From contig CAKOSA010000004.1 in NCBI GenBank assembly GCA_934101865.1, positions 1 to 61,038 of the forward strand: 61,038 bases of DNA. Direction: 5' to 3'. The notes under the pieces were generated by a model that was not told the origin of the DNA, did not search any database, and was given only the letters and a program-made list of their open reading frames with translations. Shown here one piece after another: positions 53,439-61,038 of this stretch (the stretch's first letter is position 1; each line of letters starts with the position of its first letter). Origin of the DNA: an uncultured Bacilli bacterium. Lineage in GTDB: Bacteria; Bacillota_I; Bacilli_A; RF39; UBA660. The translations under genes were made by a program, and so were the position numbers.

Positions 53439-54919
53439 TGTACAAGATATTTATTAATAACGAGGAAGTAGTATGTGAGAGTTCTTTTGATATAGAAGAG
53501 GAACTCTCTAATCCATCTTCAATAGTATTATCTAAGGTTTATCCCAAAAGTTGGAAAGGTACAAATAAACTACTTACAAATTATTATTTTCCACAAGATT
53601 ACTCAAAGTGTAAGATATTAAAAAATAATGAACTATATTTTATTGGAATAGTTAAAAATAGTGCTGATATGGTTATTGACCCTCGTAAGCCACACTATTG
53701 TAGTTTGCAAGTATTGGATTTTACAAGTTTACTTAGTGAGGGAGATACACTTGACTATGTAATAACAAATAAAACTGTTAAACAAGCTATTGAACAAGTA
53801 GTGGGAAGTGTCAAGAAGTATGGTTTTACTCTTGGAAATATTAATATAAATGATGAGTATAACACATTAATAGGAGCATATTCTACCAACGAAAAAGCAC
53901 CTTACGATGTACTACAATACTTGGCACTCATCTCACAATCTAAATGGTCTACCAGAGTTATCGATGAAAATATCGTGGCAATTGATTTTATTGATTATAG
54001 CCTTGAAACGGTGCAAGGAACTATTGATAATACGGTAAGTTATTTTGAAAATAATCGAGTAATGGACATCAATTATTCTTATTCTACGAGTGATTATAGA
54101 AATAAACAGATAATAACATCAGAGGAAATAGAAGGTAATGTAACGCAATATCAATCTTTACGAGCAAATGGATATGATACATCGTTTTCTTTGGAACAAA
54201 AAATATCAAAGATAGGTGATATAAAAGTTGATAATACAAGCCAAGTTGTTCTTACCAAAGGTGAATATGATTTGGGATTAGAGTGTGATTTTTATTATGA
54301 AAAAAAGAGTAATACTATTAATTCCGTAGAAACAATAGCGAACGGAAAGATAATAACAGTTTCATACTTACCAATAGTAACAGGCAGAGAAGTGTCATCA
54401 TCTGCGACAGAAATATCAAGAATACGTAACAATCTTAACATAGACGGCACTATATCAAGATATGAAAATAGAAGTGACGCTACTTCAAATGTGGAGTTAA
54501 ATGCTATTGCTAATTCGTACATAAAATACAATTCCAAACCGGCAATAGAGCTAACTATAACATCGAAAAATGATTTCTTAAAATTAGGTAAGATATATAA
54601 TTATTCTCCGTTTAAGGAATTATCCGGTAATTATTTAGTTGCTAAAAAAATAACATCTGTCTTGCAAGCAGGAGATTTTATTCAAACTAAATATGAATAT
54701 ACCTTAAATAATACATTTAATACCGAAAATGAGATAAATTTCTTTGACAATCAAAGGGCCAAAAATGTTGGTAACATCGAAGAGGGTTCGTTTATAACTA
54801 GAAATATTGATATAGAAGATACAGCAAATATTATTTTTAAAAATTTAACTGTTAATGAACTAGTATCTACTAGTAATAATGTTTTGGATTGTCCATTAGA
54901 TTGTCCATTTATTTTTTAG
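53438..54919 (+). CDS. Distal tail protein (Dit-like)
   Basis: First gene after the tape measure gene (start overlaps its stop). 493 aa. Confidence 0.5.
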   Translation: MYKIFINNEEVVCESSFDIEEELSNPSSIVLSKVYPKSWKGTNKLLTNYYFPQDYSKCKILKNNELYFIGIVKNSADMVIDPRKPHYCSLQVLDFTSLLSEGDTLDYVITNKTVKQAIEQVVGSVKKYGFTLGNININDEYNTLIGAYSTNEKAPYDVLQYLALISQSKWSTRVIDENIVAIDFIDYSLETVQGTIDNTVSYFENNRVMDINYSYSTSDYRNKQIITSEEIEGNVTQYQSLRANGYDTSFSLEQKISKIGDIKVDNTSQVVLTKGEYDLGLECDFYYEKKSNTINSVETIANGKIITVSYLPIVTGREVSSSATEISRIRNNLNIDGTISRYENRSDATSNVELNAIANSYIKYNSKPAIELTITSKNDFLKLGKIYNYSPFKELSGNYLVAKKITSVLQAGDFIQTKYEYTLNNTFNTENEINFFDNQRAKNVGNIEEGSFITRNIDIEDTANIIFKNLTVNELVSTSNNVLDCPLDCPFIF

Positions 54920-54931
54920 GAGGATGAATAT

Positions 54932-56812
54932 ATGACAGAGGAATATAAGAAAAAAATATTAGAGTGGCTATGTGGTAAATATGATTTGCAAGTAGGAAAT
55001 GATACACCACAATTTGAAAAAGCCGACGTAATAAGTAATAATTTAGAGAAATATATATGGGATAATTTCTTCTTGAATAATAGTAAACCTAATATATCAG
55101 GAATAGTTAGGGGTAGAAGTAATAATGGTGAATATTTAGACAGTTATGCACTTTACGGAATGTGTATGGATGAAAATTCTAAACAACAAGGTTTTATTAT
55201 AATACTTGATAATAAGTTCAATCCTGTTCAAAGTATTACAAAATTTAGTAGTGATGTAAAAATAGGCTTTTTACAAAAGTTAGATGTTGATGAGGAGGGT
55301 AACTTTTACGCACTTGAAACTCCTTATGATAATAGTAGAGACCGTTTCTTAATGCTAAATAACCTTTTATTGAAAGGTACTACACAATCGACTTATCAGT
55401 TAAAAATAAGAAAATCTTATGTAATACCGACGGATGTTACAATGCCAGATACACTAGTAAAAATTATCAAACAATACGGAGGTTCAAGATATCTTTTTTG
55501 CGGTACATATAATACCAAAGGAAGAGTGGTAGACTTAAAGGTTAATGTTGGTTCGGAAAACGAATGGACAACACTGGTTGATAGTGGGGAGGCACCTATC
55601 TTAATGTTAGATGCTTATGCTGATTTTACTGATGATGATGTTTCGATAAAAATAATCGGCTCAAATAAATATATATTCTTTTTGATTGTTAATTCAGGAG
55701 ATGCACTGATTAGACAATGGGAATTTTCGTTCGGTGAGACAGTTAATACTTTTAGAAGTGCTAAGGCGACAATATTAAATAGTAGTACTGGTTGGATAAT
55801 TATGGACACTCAGACTGATGAATATAGAATTACCATTGGCAAAATAGAAAATTTGCATTCTCCCAAGTTAAAATATCGAGCAATAGTGGGTGAGGGTGCA
55901 AAATATGATAATGTAGTTTTTAGTAATATAGTGAGTGACGGTATCAATACTTATGTCTTTTTTAATGCCCCGCAAGATACAAACTATGAAAAGTATAAGT
56001 ATTACCAAGGAATTATATACAATGATGAGGTATTTTTGAATGAAATAGGGGAGTTTAGTGCTTCGCAGATATCTAATTTTACTATGCAAACGGTATTTAA
56101 TTCTTTTAACTTATACTTGTATCTTTGTCAGGTTGGAAATAGTGCTTATATAACTAAGCAAATTTTTAACATAAATAATTACAATGGTAAAGGATATAAT
56201 GCAGTTAATGCTTTAATACCTAATTCAGGAGTTCTTTATGACAGTGATAATAGCCCCATATTTGCTCGTAACTTGTATAACAAGACAGTTAGAGGGTCTA
56301 CAACAATAAGTACAATAGAGGTGCCTAATACGCAGTTAAACGATGTATCTATAAGTAAAAATAACTTGATAGGACAAACTAACTTTATATTAAATTCAAA
56401 AACTAATGCAGTATCAAAAAACATTTATGAAACACTTAATATCAATTTTATAAATACATTGATAATGAAAAATAGTAATGATGAAGAAAATGAGCAACTA
56501 AATACCGAGGGTGCAATCAAAATTAACAGAAGTATCTCAGAACTTGCTGATTATGAAAATAGTAAGTTATCGAAATATAAGATAAATTATAGTGATAATA
56601 GCAGTAACATAGTAAGTATTGATAGTTCACAAATAAGTATTCAAAACAATGTGGCAATTGTAAATATATTAGTATACAATCCGCAAGAGAAAAGTATAAA
56701 CAGCATTGATTTAATTAGCAACGATGAAACAATTTCTTATTTGAATATTGATTGTTCGACTATGATTAATGATAAGTGTTACTTAATAAATCAAAAAGTA
56801 GAAATAGATTAA
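54932..56812 (+). CDS. Tail-associated / baseplate structural protein (Tal- or RBP-like)
   Basis: 626 aa, second gene after the tape measure gene. AGGAGG RBS. No enzymatic motif recognised. Confidence 0.45.
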   Translation: MTEEYKKKILEWLCGKYDLQVGNDTPQFEKADVISNNLEKYIWDNFFLNNSKPNISGIVRGRSNNGEYLDSYALYGMCMDENSKQQGFIIILDNKFNPVQSITKFSSDVKIGFLQKLDVDEEGNFYALETPYDNSRDRFLMLNNLLLKGTTQSTYQLKIRKSYVIPTDVTMPDTLVKIIKQYGGSRYLFCGTYNTKGRVVDLKVNVGSENEWTTLVDSGEAPILMLDAYADFTDDDVSIKIIGSNKYIFFLIVNSGDALIRQWEFSFGETVNTFRSAKATILNSSTGWIIMDTQTDEYRITIGKIENLHSPKLKYRAIVGEGAKYDNVVFSNIVSDGINTYVFFNAPQDTNYEKYKYYQGIIYNDEVFLNEIGEFSASQISNFTMQTVFNSFNLYLYLCQVGNSAYITKQIFNINNYNGKGYNAVNALIPNSGVLYDSDNSPIFARNLYNKTVRGSTTISTIEVPNTQLNDVSISKNNLIGQTNFILNSKTNAVSKNIYETLNINFINTLIMKNSNDEENEQLNTEGAIKINRSISELADYENSKLSKYKINYSDNSSNIVSIDSSQISIQNNVAIVNILVYNPQEKSINSIDLISNDETISYLNIDCSTMINDKCYLINQKVEID

Positions 56813-56849
56813 AGGAGTGATAAAAATATGAAAATAACATTTATTGTAT

Positions 56850-56861
56850 GGGGGGGGGGGG
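56850..56861 (+). repeat. G12 homopolymer inside a 15-codon mini-ORF (56828-56875)
   Basis: 12 consecutive G in an otherwise AT-rich region. The mini-ORF MKITFIVWGGGVAST has an AAGGAG RBS at 56813-56818. Confidence 0.9.
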
Positions 56862-56902
56862 TTGCTTCAACGTAACTTCTCTTTAATAAAGGGAGGTATC
56901 CT

Positions 56903-57421
56903 ATGAACCTAATAAATTATGAAGATAAAGAACAACTATATGAAAATTCAAACATACCAACAAAGAATAAGGTAATGGCTAGTGATATGAATAATATCAA
57001 AAATGCCATTAACAATTTGCTCTTACCAGCAATTAGAGATATATTATTGCCAGTAGGTATTTATATACATACTAGTGATATTAACTTTAATCCAAATGAA
57101 ACAATAGGTGGTACGTGGGAACTTGATAATGATGGTACTGTGTTAGTCTCTAAATCTAACGTTACTGGTAGTTCTTTCAATGCAGATGTTGGGAATACGG
57201 TTGGTGAGGAAAAGCATACTTTAACTATTAATGAAATGCCCGAACATAATCATAATGTATATTTGTCAGGCGGTAGTTTGCCTAGTAGGGCTGGTACATT
57301 GCAGTATAGTACTAATACAGCACAAACTTTTTCTGGTTCTGTTGCAGATACTGGTGGTGGACAACCTCATAGTATTGTACAACCCTCTAAGATAGTTTGC
57401 AGGTGGCATAGGATAGCATAA
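56903..57421 (+). CDS. Tail fibre / receptor-binding protein with phage tail-collar domain
   Basis: GGGAGG RBS. GEEKHTLTINEMPEHNH is the signature of the tail-collar (MdpB-like) domain. Confidence 0.65.
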   Translation: MNLINYEDKEQLYENSNIPTKNKVMASDMNNIKNAINNLLLPAIRDILLPVGIYIHTSDINFNPNETIGGTWELDNDGTVLVSKSNVTGSSFNADVGNTVGEEKHTLTINEMPEHNHNVYLSGGSLPSRAGTLQYSTNTAQTFSGSVADTGGGQPHSIVQPSKIVCRWHRIA

Positions 57422-57435
57422 TGAAGCGAGAAAAT

Positions 57436-57999
57436 ATGGCTAAAATTAATTTTACAAATAAAGTAGCAGTTAATGAAAATACAAGTATACCAGATGTAAA
57501 TAAATGCAAAGCAAGTGACTTAAATGAGATAAAGGAAGTGGTAAATCAAAATGATGACAATGTTGGCAATCCAACTAATTTAAACACTACATCTAAGAAT
57601 GTGGTAGGTGCAATTAATGAATTAGATGGAAAAATAAAGAAAATAAAACTAGTAAATCTGTACGAAAACGCAAATGGTTCATATAGCGATATAACGTTAT
57701 CTGATAGTCAAAGTAATTATGATTATTTTATTATCGACTACATAACTAATGACGGAAACAATTTTCAAAACAGCCAAATGGTAACTTGCGAAGAAAATAA
57801 AATGCCTTGTTTGAGTTATTGGTTTACAAGTGGGACAATGTTAAATATAAAAATGAAAATAGTAAAGATAAGTGGTAACAAGATATTAAACGTGGATGGT
57901 AAATATTCAGACACCCAAGTTGCACCAACCGTGCAAGTAGCTAATGTCAATCACATTGCAATTACAAAAGTCAGAGGATTGAAAATAATATATAGTTAA
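57436..57999 (+). CDS. Second tail-fibre-like protein sharing the N-terminal module of the previous gene
   Basis: MAKINFTNKVAVNENTSIPDVNKCKASDLNEIKEVVN aligns with MNLINYEDKEQLYENSNIPTKNKVMASDMNNIKNAIN. Start may be 57421 or 57436. Confidence 0.5.
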   Translation: MAKINFTNKVAVNENTSIPDVNKCKASDLNEIKEVVNQNDDNVGNPTNLNTTSKNVVGAINELDGKIKKIKLVNLYENANGSYSDITLSDSQSNYDYFIIDYITNDGNNFQNSQMVTCEENKMPCLSYWFTSGTMLNIKMKIVKISGNKILNVDGKYSDTQVAPTVQVANVNHIAITKVRGLKIIYS

Positions 58000-58015
58000 A
58001 AGAAAGGAGAGTATA

Positions 58016-58342
58016 ATGGAAAACATCACCCTTGGACAAGTCTTTGAAGCAACAAAATTCATAGTAGAATTTGTCGGTATAGTAGGTACCGTTCTAATTG
58101 GATTTAAGAAAGTAATGAGTAAACAGTTAGCACCTATTAATGAAAAGATAGAGAAAATAGATGAAAATCAATGCCGAAATTTTCTAGTAGACTTTTTAGC
58201 GGATTTAGAAAATGGTATAAAAAAAGATGATGTCCAAATAACACGTGCTTATGAAGTTTATGAGCACTACACCAAAGATTTACACAAAAACAGTTATATC
58301 CACGATAAGTGGGAAAAACAGAGAGAGAGAGGTAATATATAA
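58016..58342 (+). CDS. XhlA-like lysis-module membrane protein
   Basis: AAAGGAGAG RBS. 108 aa with one N-terminal TM helix. Lies directly upstream of the holin and amidase, like PBSX xhlA. Confidence 0.4.
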   Translation: MENITLGQVFEATKFIVEFVGIVGTVLIGFKKVMSKQLAPINEKIEKIDENQCRNFLVDFLADLENGIKKDDVQITRAYEVYEHYTKDLHKNSYIHDKWEKQRERGNI

Positions 58343-58551
58343 TGAAAATGAGTAATAAAGTATATGACAAGTTAAAATATAGTTTATTTATATTTATACC
58401 TGCGTTAATAACGTTAATAGGAACACTAGGTAAAATATATAAGTTTGATACAGAAACTATTATATTAACGATAAGTGCATTAACTACATTTGTAGGAGCC
58501 ATAACTGGTTTATCAAGCATAAATTATAATAATAAGAAAGAGGGTAATTAG
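58342..58551 (+). CDS. Holin
   Basis: 69 aa with two TM helices and a charged C-terminus (NNKKEGN). Start overlaps the upstream stop. Lies immediately before the endolysin. Confidence 0.65.
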   Translation: MKMSNKVYDKLKYSLFIFIPALITLIGTLGKIYKFDTETIILTISALTTFVGAITGLSSINYNNKKEGN

Positions 58552-58552
58552 T

Positions 58553-59476
58553 ATGATAAATATAGTAAAACAAATAGTACCACAGAGTAAGTATTCTATT
58601 AAGTGTCCTTATTCAATGACACCAATAGGTATTACAGTTCATAACACGGCAAATGACGCTTCGGCTAGAAGTGAGATAGCATATATGACTAACAATAATT
58701 CTGAAACATCGTTCCATTTTGCGGTGGATGACAAGGAAGCAGTACAAAGTCTGCCTCTTGATAGAAATGGCTGGCACGCAAGCGACGGTGCAAATGGTAC
58801 TGGAAACAGGAAAACAATTGCCATAGAGATATGTTATAGTAAGTCTGGTGGAGATAGATTTATAAAAGCAGAACAAAACGCAGTAGAGTTAATAGTTTAT
58901 CTTATGAAACAATACGGTTGGGGAATTGACCGAGTAAAGAGACACTATGATTACGCACCAAATAAGAAGTATTGTCCGCATCGTACAATGGATATGGGCT
59001 GGGATAGATTTTTAAATATGATAAAGGCTAAACTAAGCACCAGTTCTAGTACGATTACCGAACCTGATTGTACAGGGGTTATTACATATCAAGCATATAC
59101 AAGTAAATGGTTACCTGAGGTTAAAAAATGTGATAATACTGTTAATGGCTTCGCAGGAATAGGCAATGAACCAATTACAGCATTTAGATGTAAACCTGCT
59201 TACGGCGAAATTATATACGAGGCTCATAAACTAGGCGGTGGATGGTATGGTGCAGTTAATAGTAGAGATTATAATAGTAACTCAATTAATTCGTATGCAG
59301 GCATACCAAGTCAAGCAATTGACCTTATCAGAATTAAATCTACAAGGGGTTATGTAGATTATCGTGTAAAGACACGTGAAGACGGCTGGCTACCTTGGGT
59401 TAGAGGCTTTGGAGATAGATACTATGAATATGCGGGTATAGTTGGACACGCTATTATAGGTATACAAATGAAATAA
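58553..59476 (+). CDS. Endolysin: N-acetylmuramoyl-L-alanine amidase (Amidase_2/PGRP) with three ChW-like C-terminal repeats
   Basis: GITVHNTAN, FHFAVDD, NRKTIAIEIC and KYCPHR are amidase_2 motifs. The C-terminus has three Y...W...AG...I..I..K repeats resembling the clostridial hydrophobic-W domain. Confidence 0.85.
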   Translation: MINIVKQIVPQSKYSIKCPYSMTPIGITVHNTANDASARSEIAYMTNNNSETSFHFAVDDKEAVQSLPLDRNGWHASDGANGTGNRKTIAIEICYSKSGGDRFIKAEQNAVELIVYLMKQYGWGIDRVKRHYDYAPNKKYCPHRTMDMGWDRFLNMIKAKLSTSSSTITEPDCTGVITYQAYTSKWLPEVKKCDNTVNGFAGIGNEPITAFRCKPAYGEIIYEAHKLGGGWYGAVNSRDYNSNSINSYAGIPSQAIDLIRIKSTRGYVDYRVKTREDGWLPWVRGFGDRYYEYAGIVGHAIIGIQMK

Positions 59477-59494
59477 GAAAAGGGGACAGGCTTT

Positions 59495-59695
59495 TTATTG
59501 CTCGTCCTCTTTTTTTAATGTTCCATTTTCTAATGATTTAAGTGCTAATCTAACTAATTCCGCTTTTGTCATATTTCTTTCTTTTAGAAGAATATTTGCT
59601 TTTTCCCATTCTTCTATTTTTAAATCTACTCTGAATGATTTATAGTGTTCTTTATTGTATCCTTGAATATATTTTGATTGATTAAAATCAGACAT
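59495..59695 (-). CDS. Small ribbon-helix-helix-like regulator
   Basis: ATG at 59695 lies 5 nt after GGAGGTG. FRVDLKIEEWEKANILLKERNMTKAELVRLALKSL has a CopG/RHH-like beta-alpha-alpha pattern. Confidence 0.45.
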   Translation of the reverse strand: MSDFNQSKYIQGYNKEHYKSFRVDLKIEEWEKANILLKERNMTKAELVRLALKSLENGTLKKEDEQ

Positions 59696-59719
59696 TTTAC
59701 ACCTCCGATAACATTTTAA

Positions 59720-59779
59720 CACATATCGTACAAAAAATCAATAAAAACTATTGACATAATGTACGATATGTGATATACT
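59720..59779 (+). promoter_or_regulatory. Divergent control region: consensus promoter bracketed by a perfect 12-bp inverted repeat
   Basis: CACATATCGTAC (59720-31) and GTACGATATGTG (59761-72) flank TTGACA (59751-56). 17-nt spacer, then TGaTATACT (59771-79). Confidence 0.6.
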
Positions 59780-59826
59780 AAGTACGTAAGATAAAGAGAA
59801 AACATATCTTACGGAAAGGAGAAGTA

Positions 59827-59946
59827 ATGAACAATATAAAGAAAAAGCCAATCCGTAATTTAACTTTAACCGAGTGTTACGAATTAGCCAAATCAGGTTA
59901 CATCTTTATTAAATATAAAAATGTAATTGTAGTAGGAAAGGATTAA
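59827..59946 (+). CDS. Unlisted 39-aa ORF
   Basis: GGAAAGGAG RBS. Translation MNNIKKKPIRNLTLTECYELAKSGYIFIKYKNVIVVGKD. The leader contains the 9-bp hairpin CGTAAGATA/TATCTTACG. Confidence 0.4.
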   Translation: MNNIKKKPIRNLTLTECYELAKSGYIFIKYKNVIVVGKD

Positions 59947-60116
59947 ATCCTTTTCCTACACTGATTATATCATTAGTTCATTACAAAGTCAAATGAAAAA
60001 ATTAATAAAAGGGGTAGAGTTGATAATTAACTACTATAAGTCTAACAATTCTAACTACATTCCTATATACAGTGGAGATGAGTTAATCACTTATTGTAAG
60101 AGGGAGGTATGTTAGT

Positions 60117-60851
60117 ATGGAGAGTAGAGTACAAAGATATTCAAGAAAGAATAGACTAAAAAGAAGAATAAAGAGAAATTTAAAGGCACTTCCTAAAAAT
60201 GTAATAATGAGTATTATTTACATTTTAGTAGCACTTGTTTACATCATCTATGCTATTGTAAAATTCTTTGATAATCTAATAGCAAAACTATTTATGAAGA
60301 TACCTAGATTAATAAGAGTAGCACTTATTTATACTATGGTAATCAATACTATTACAAATATAATTCTTGTAAGTGGTAATCATAATTTAGAACTAATTAA
60401 TCCTTTATCATTAGAAGTAATACATCTTGATTCTGAACAGGTAAATTTTAACGTAGAAGGAGAAAAAGTACAAGAATGTAAGTTTGATAGTACAAGTTGT
60501 TTAATCTATGAGAAAGCCAAAGAAATAGGTTTAAATGAGGACCAAACACTAATGAGCATAGCAATAAGCAAATGGGAAACTGGTAATTATACCAGTGTTG
60601 CGTTTAGAAGTAAAAACAACGTTGGTGGTATGATGTGTAGTAGTGGACTTATAACTTATGGTTCCCTCGAAGAAGGTATCATAGCATTTCTAAGTAATCT
60701 AAAATATAATTATTTCGACATAGGCCTTGATACCTTAGAAAAAATCCAACCAAAATATTGCCCAATTGGTGCTGAAAATGATCCTAACAACCTTAATATT
60801 AACTGGTTGGGTGGAGCCAAAAAGATGTACAATGAGTTAAAGAGCAAGTAA
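60117..60851 (+). CDS. Membrane-anchored glucosaminidase/lysozyme-like protein (prophage right-arm accessory gene)
   Basis: GGGAGG RBS. Basic N-terminus, two TM helices, then ISKWETGNYTS.AFRSKNNVGGM, which resembles the E-x-G...NN.FG motif of FlgJ-type glucosaminidase domains. Confidence 0.45.
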   Translation: MESRVQRYSRKNRLKRRIKRNLKALPKNVIMSIIYILVALVYIIYAIVKFFDNLIAKLFMKIPRLIRVALIYTMVINTITNIILVSGNHNLELINPLSLEVIHLDSEQVNFNVEGEKVQECKFDSTSCLIYEKAKEIGLNEDQTLMSIAISKWETGNYTSVAFRSKNNVGGMMCSSGLITYGSLEEGIIAFLSNLKYNYFDIGLDTLEKIQPKYCPIGAENDPNNLNINWLGGAKKMYNELKSK

Positions 60852-60880
60852 ATGAATACCTGCTCTGTTCTTTTTATTTT
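60841..60880 (+). terminator. Terminator after the right-arm accessory gene
   Basis: AGAGCA / TGCTCT stem (60841-46 / 60861-66) followed by a T-rich run. Confidence 0.45.
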
Positions 60881-60890
60881 TTTGAAAATC

Positions 60891-60980
60891 TGTACCTAAT
60901 TTGTACCTAAACGTATTTTTTATTTTGAAAACCCCCGTAAAATGGGGCTTTATTTTCTCGATGGTGGAGCCGAGGGGAAT
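60891..60980. repeat. attR: 90-bp direct repeat forming the 3' end plus terminator of the intact tmRNA gene
   Basis: Identical to 26750-26839. Identity stops exactly at 60980 inside the tmRNA T-arm. Confidence 0.9.
60927..60952 (-). terminator. tmRNA terminator
   Basis: On the minus strand, a CCCC-ATTTTAC-GGGG hairpin followed by a T-rich tract, about 10 nt after the CCA end. Confidence 0.45.
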
Positions 60981-61038
60981 CGAACCCCTGTCCAAAAATA
61001 CCGATAATTAAATATCTACAAGCTTAGTTAATTATTTT
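60962..61038 (-). ncRNA. ssrA: tmRNA (ssrA), 3' portion; 5' part outside window
   Basis: The reverse complement ends GGACAGGGGTTCGATTCCCCTCGGCTCCACCA (T-arm, acceptor and CCA). U at position 70 allows the G3-U70 alanine identity pair. Upstream sequence is AT-rich with no matching 5' acceptor within 78 nt, so it is not a tRNA. Confidence 0.6.

Larger units (their letters stand above)
26750..60980. mobile_element. Complete temperate siphovirus-type prophage integrated in ssrA (tmRNA)
   Basis: Flanked by perfect 90-bp direct repeats. Integrase lies next to attL. Contains cI/Cro, replication/recombination, late regulator, terminase, portal, capsid, tail, holin and endolysin modules in canonical order. 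Confidence 0.9.

Noticed and set aside
60962-61038. Interpretation of the CCA-ending element at the right edge as an ordinary tRNA gene used as attB.
   Set aside because: No complementary 5' acceptor strand (GGGGCCG-like) occurs within the 78 nt available, and the upstream sequence is AT-rich and not cloverleaf-like. The T-arm, the G3-U70-compatible acceptor and the insertion-site logic fit a tmRNA 3' end.

Overview
AT-rich chromosomal segment of a spore-forming Firmicute. It looks Clostridia-like, based on spoIID / spoIIQ-like / spoIIID / mbl synteny, PolC and a ChW-like-repeat endolysin. Positions 1-26749 are core genome: an rpiB fragment, sporulation and shape genes, a roughly 10-kb single-strand operon encoding a Tad/Flp-type pilus-like machine with several atypical parts, three membrane-anchored CxxC thioredoxin-like paralogs, tRNA-Cys and tRNA-Met(CAU), polC, a YjcZ-like small sporulation protein, a polysaccharide deacetylase and a SUFU-like protein. 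Positions 26750-60980 are a complete siphovirus-type temperate prophage inserted into the 3' end of the tmRNA gene (ssrA, minus strand, running off the right edge). It is bounded by a perfect 90-bp direct repeat. It has integrase, cI/Cro, replication/RecT, late activator, terminase, portal, MuF, capsid, tail and lysis modules, plus accessory genes at both arms. The strongest candidate for an undescribed system lies in the prophage left arm at 28239-29390. A consensus-promoter operon encodes a 66-aa highly basic protein and a DUF3800-like protein. It is paired with a convergent, conspicuously GC-rich, promoter- and terminator-equipped structured small RNA that overlaps the operon's 3' end. Other notable signals are listed here. 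(1) The atypical Tad-like locus has no prepilin peptidase, non-canonical pilin leaders, a degenerate TadZ P-loop and a cysteine-rich 778-aa secreted protein. (2) Three 20-bp direct repeats are phased at 33 bp. (3) The MuF head protein carries a C-terminal RadC/JAB-like domain. (4) The major capsid protein carries a C-terminal Listeria-Bacteroides-repeat-like domain. (5) A roughly 300-nt highly structured non-coding island lies inside the head module. (6) A G12 homopolymer sits in a mini-ORF just upstream of a tail-collar (receptor-binding) gene. All functional calls come from reading the translations and motifs by eye; no database search was run.
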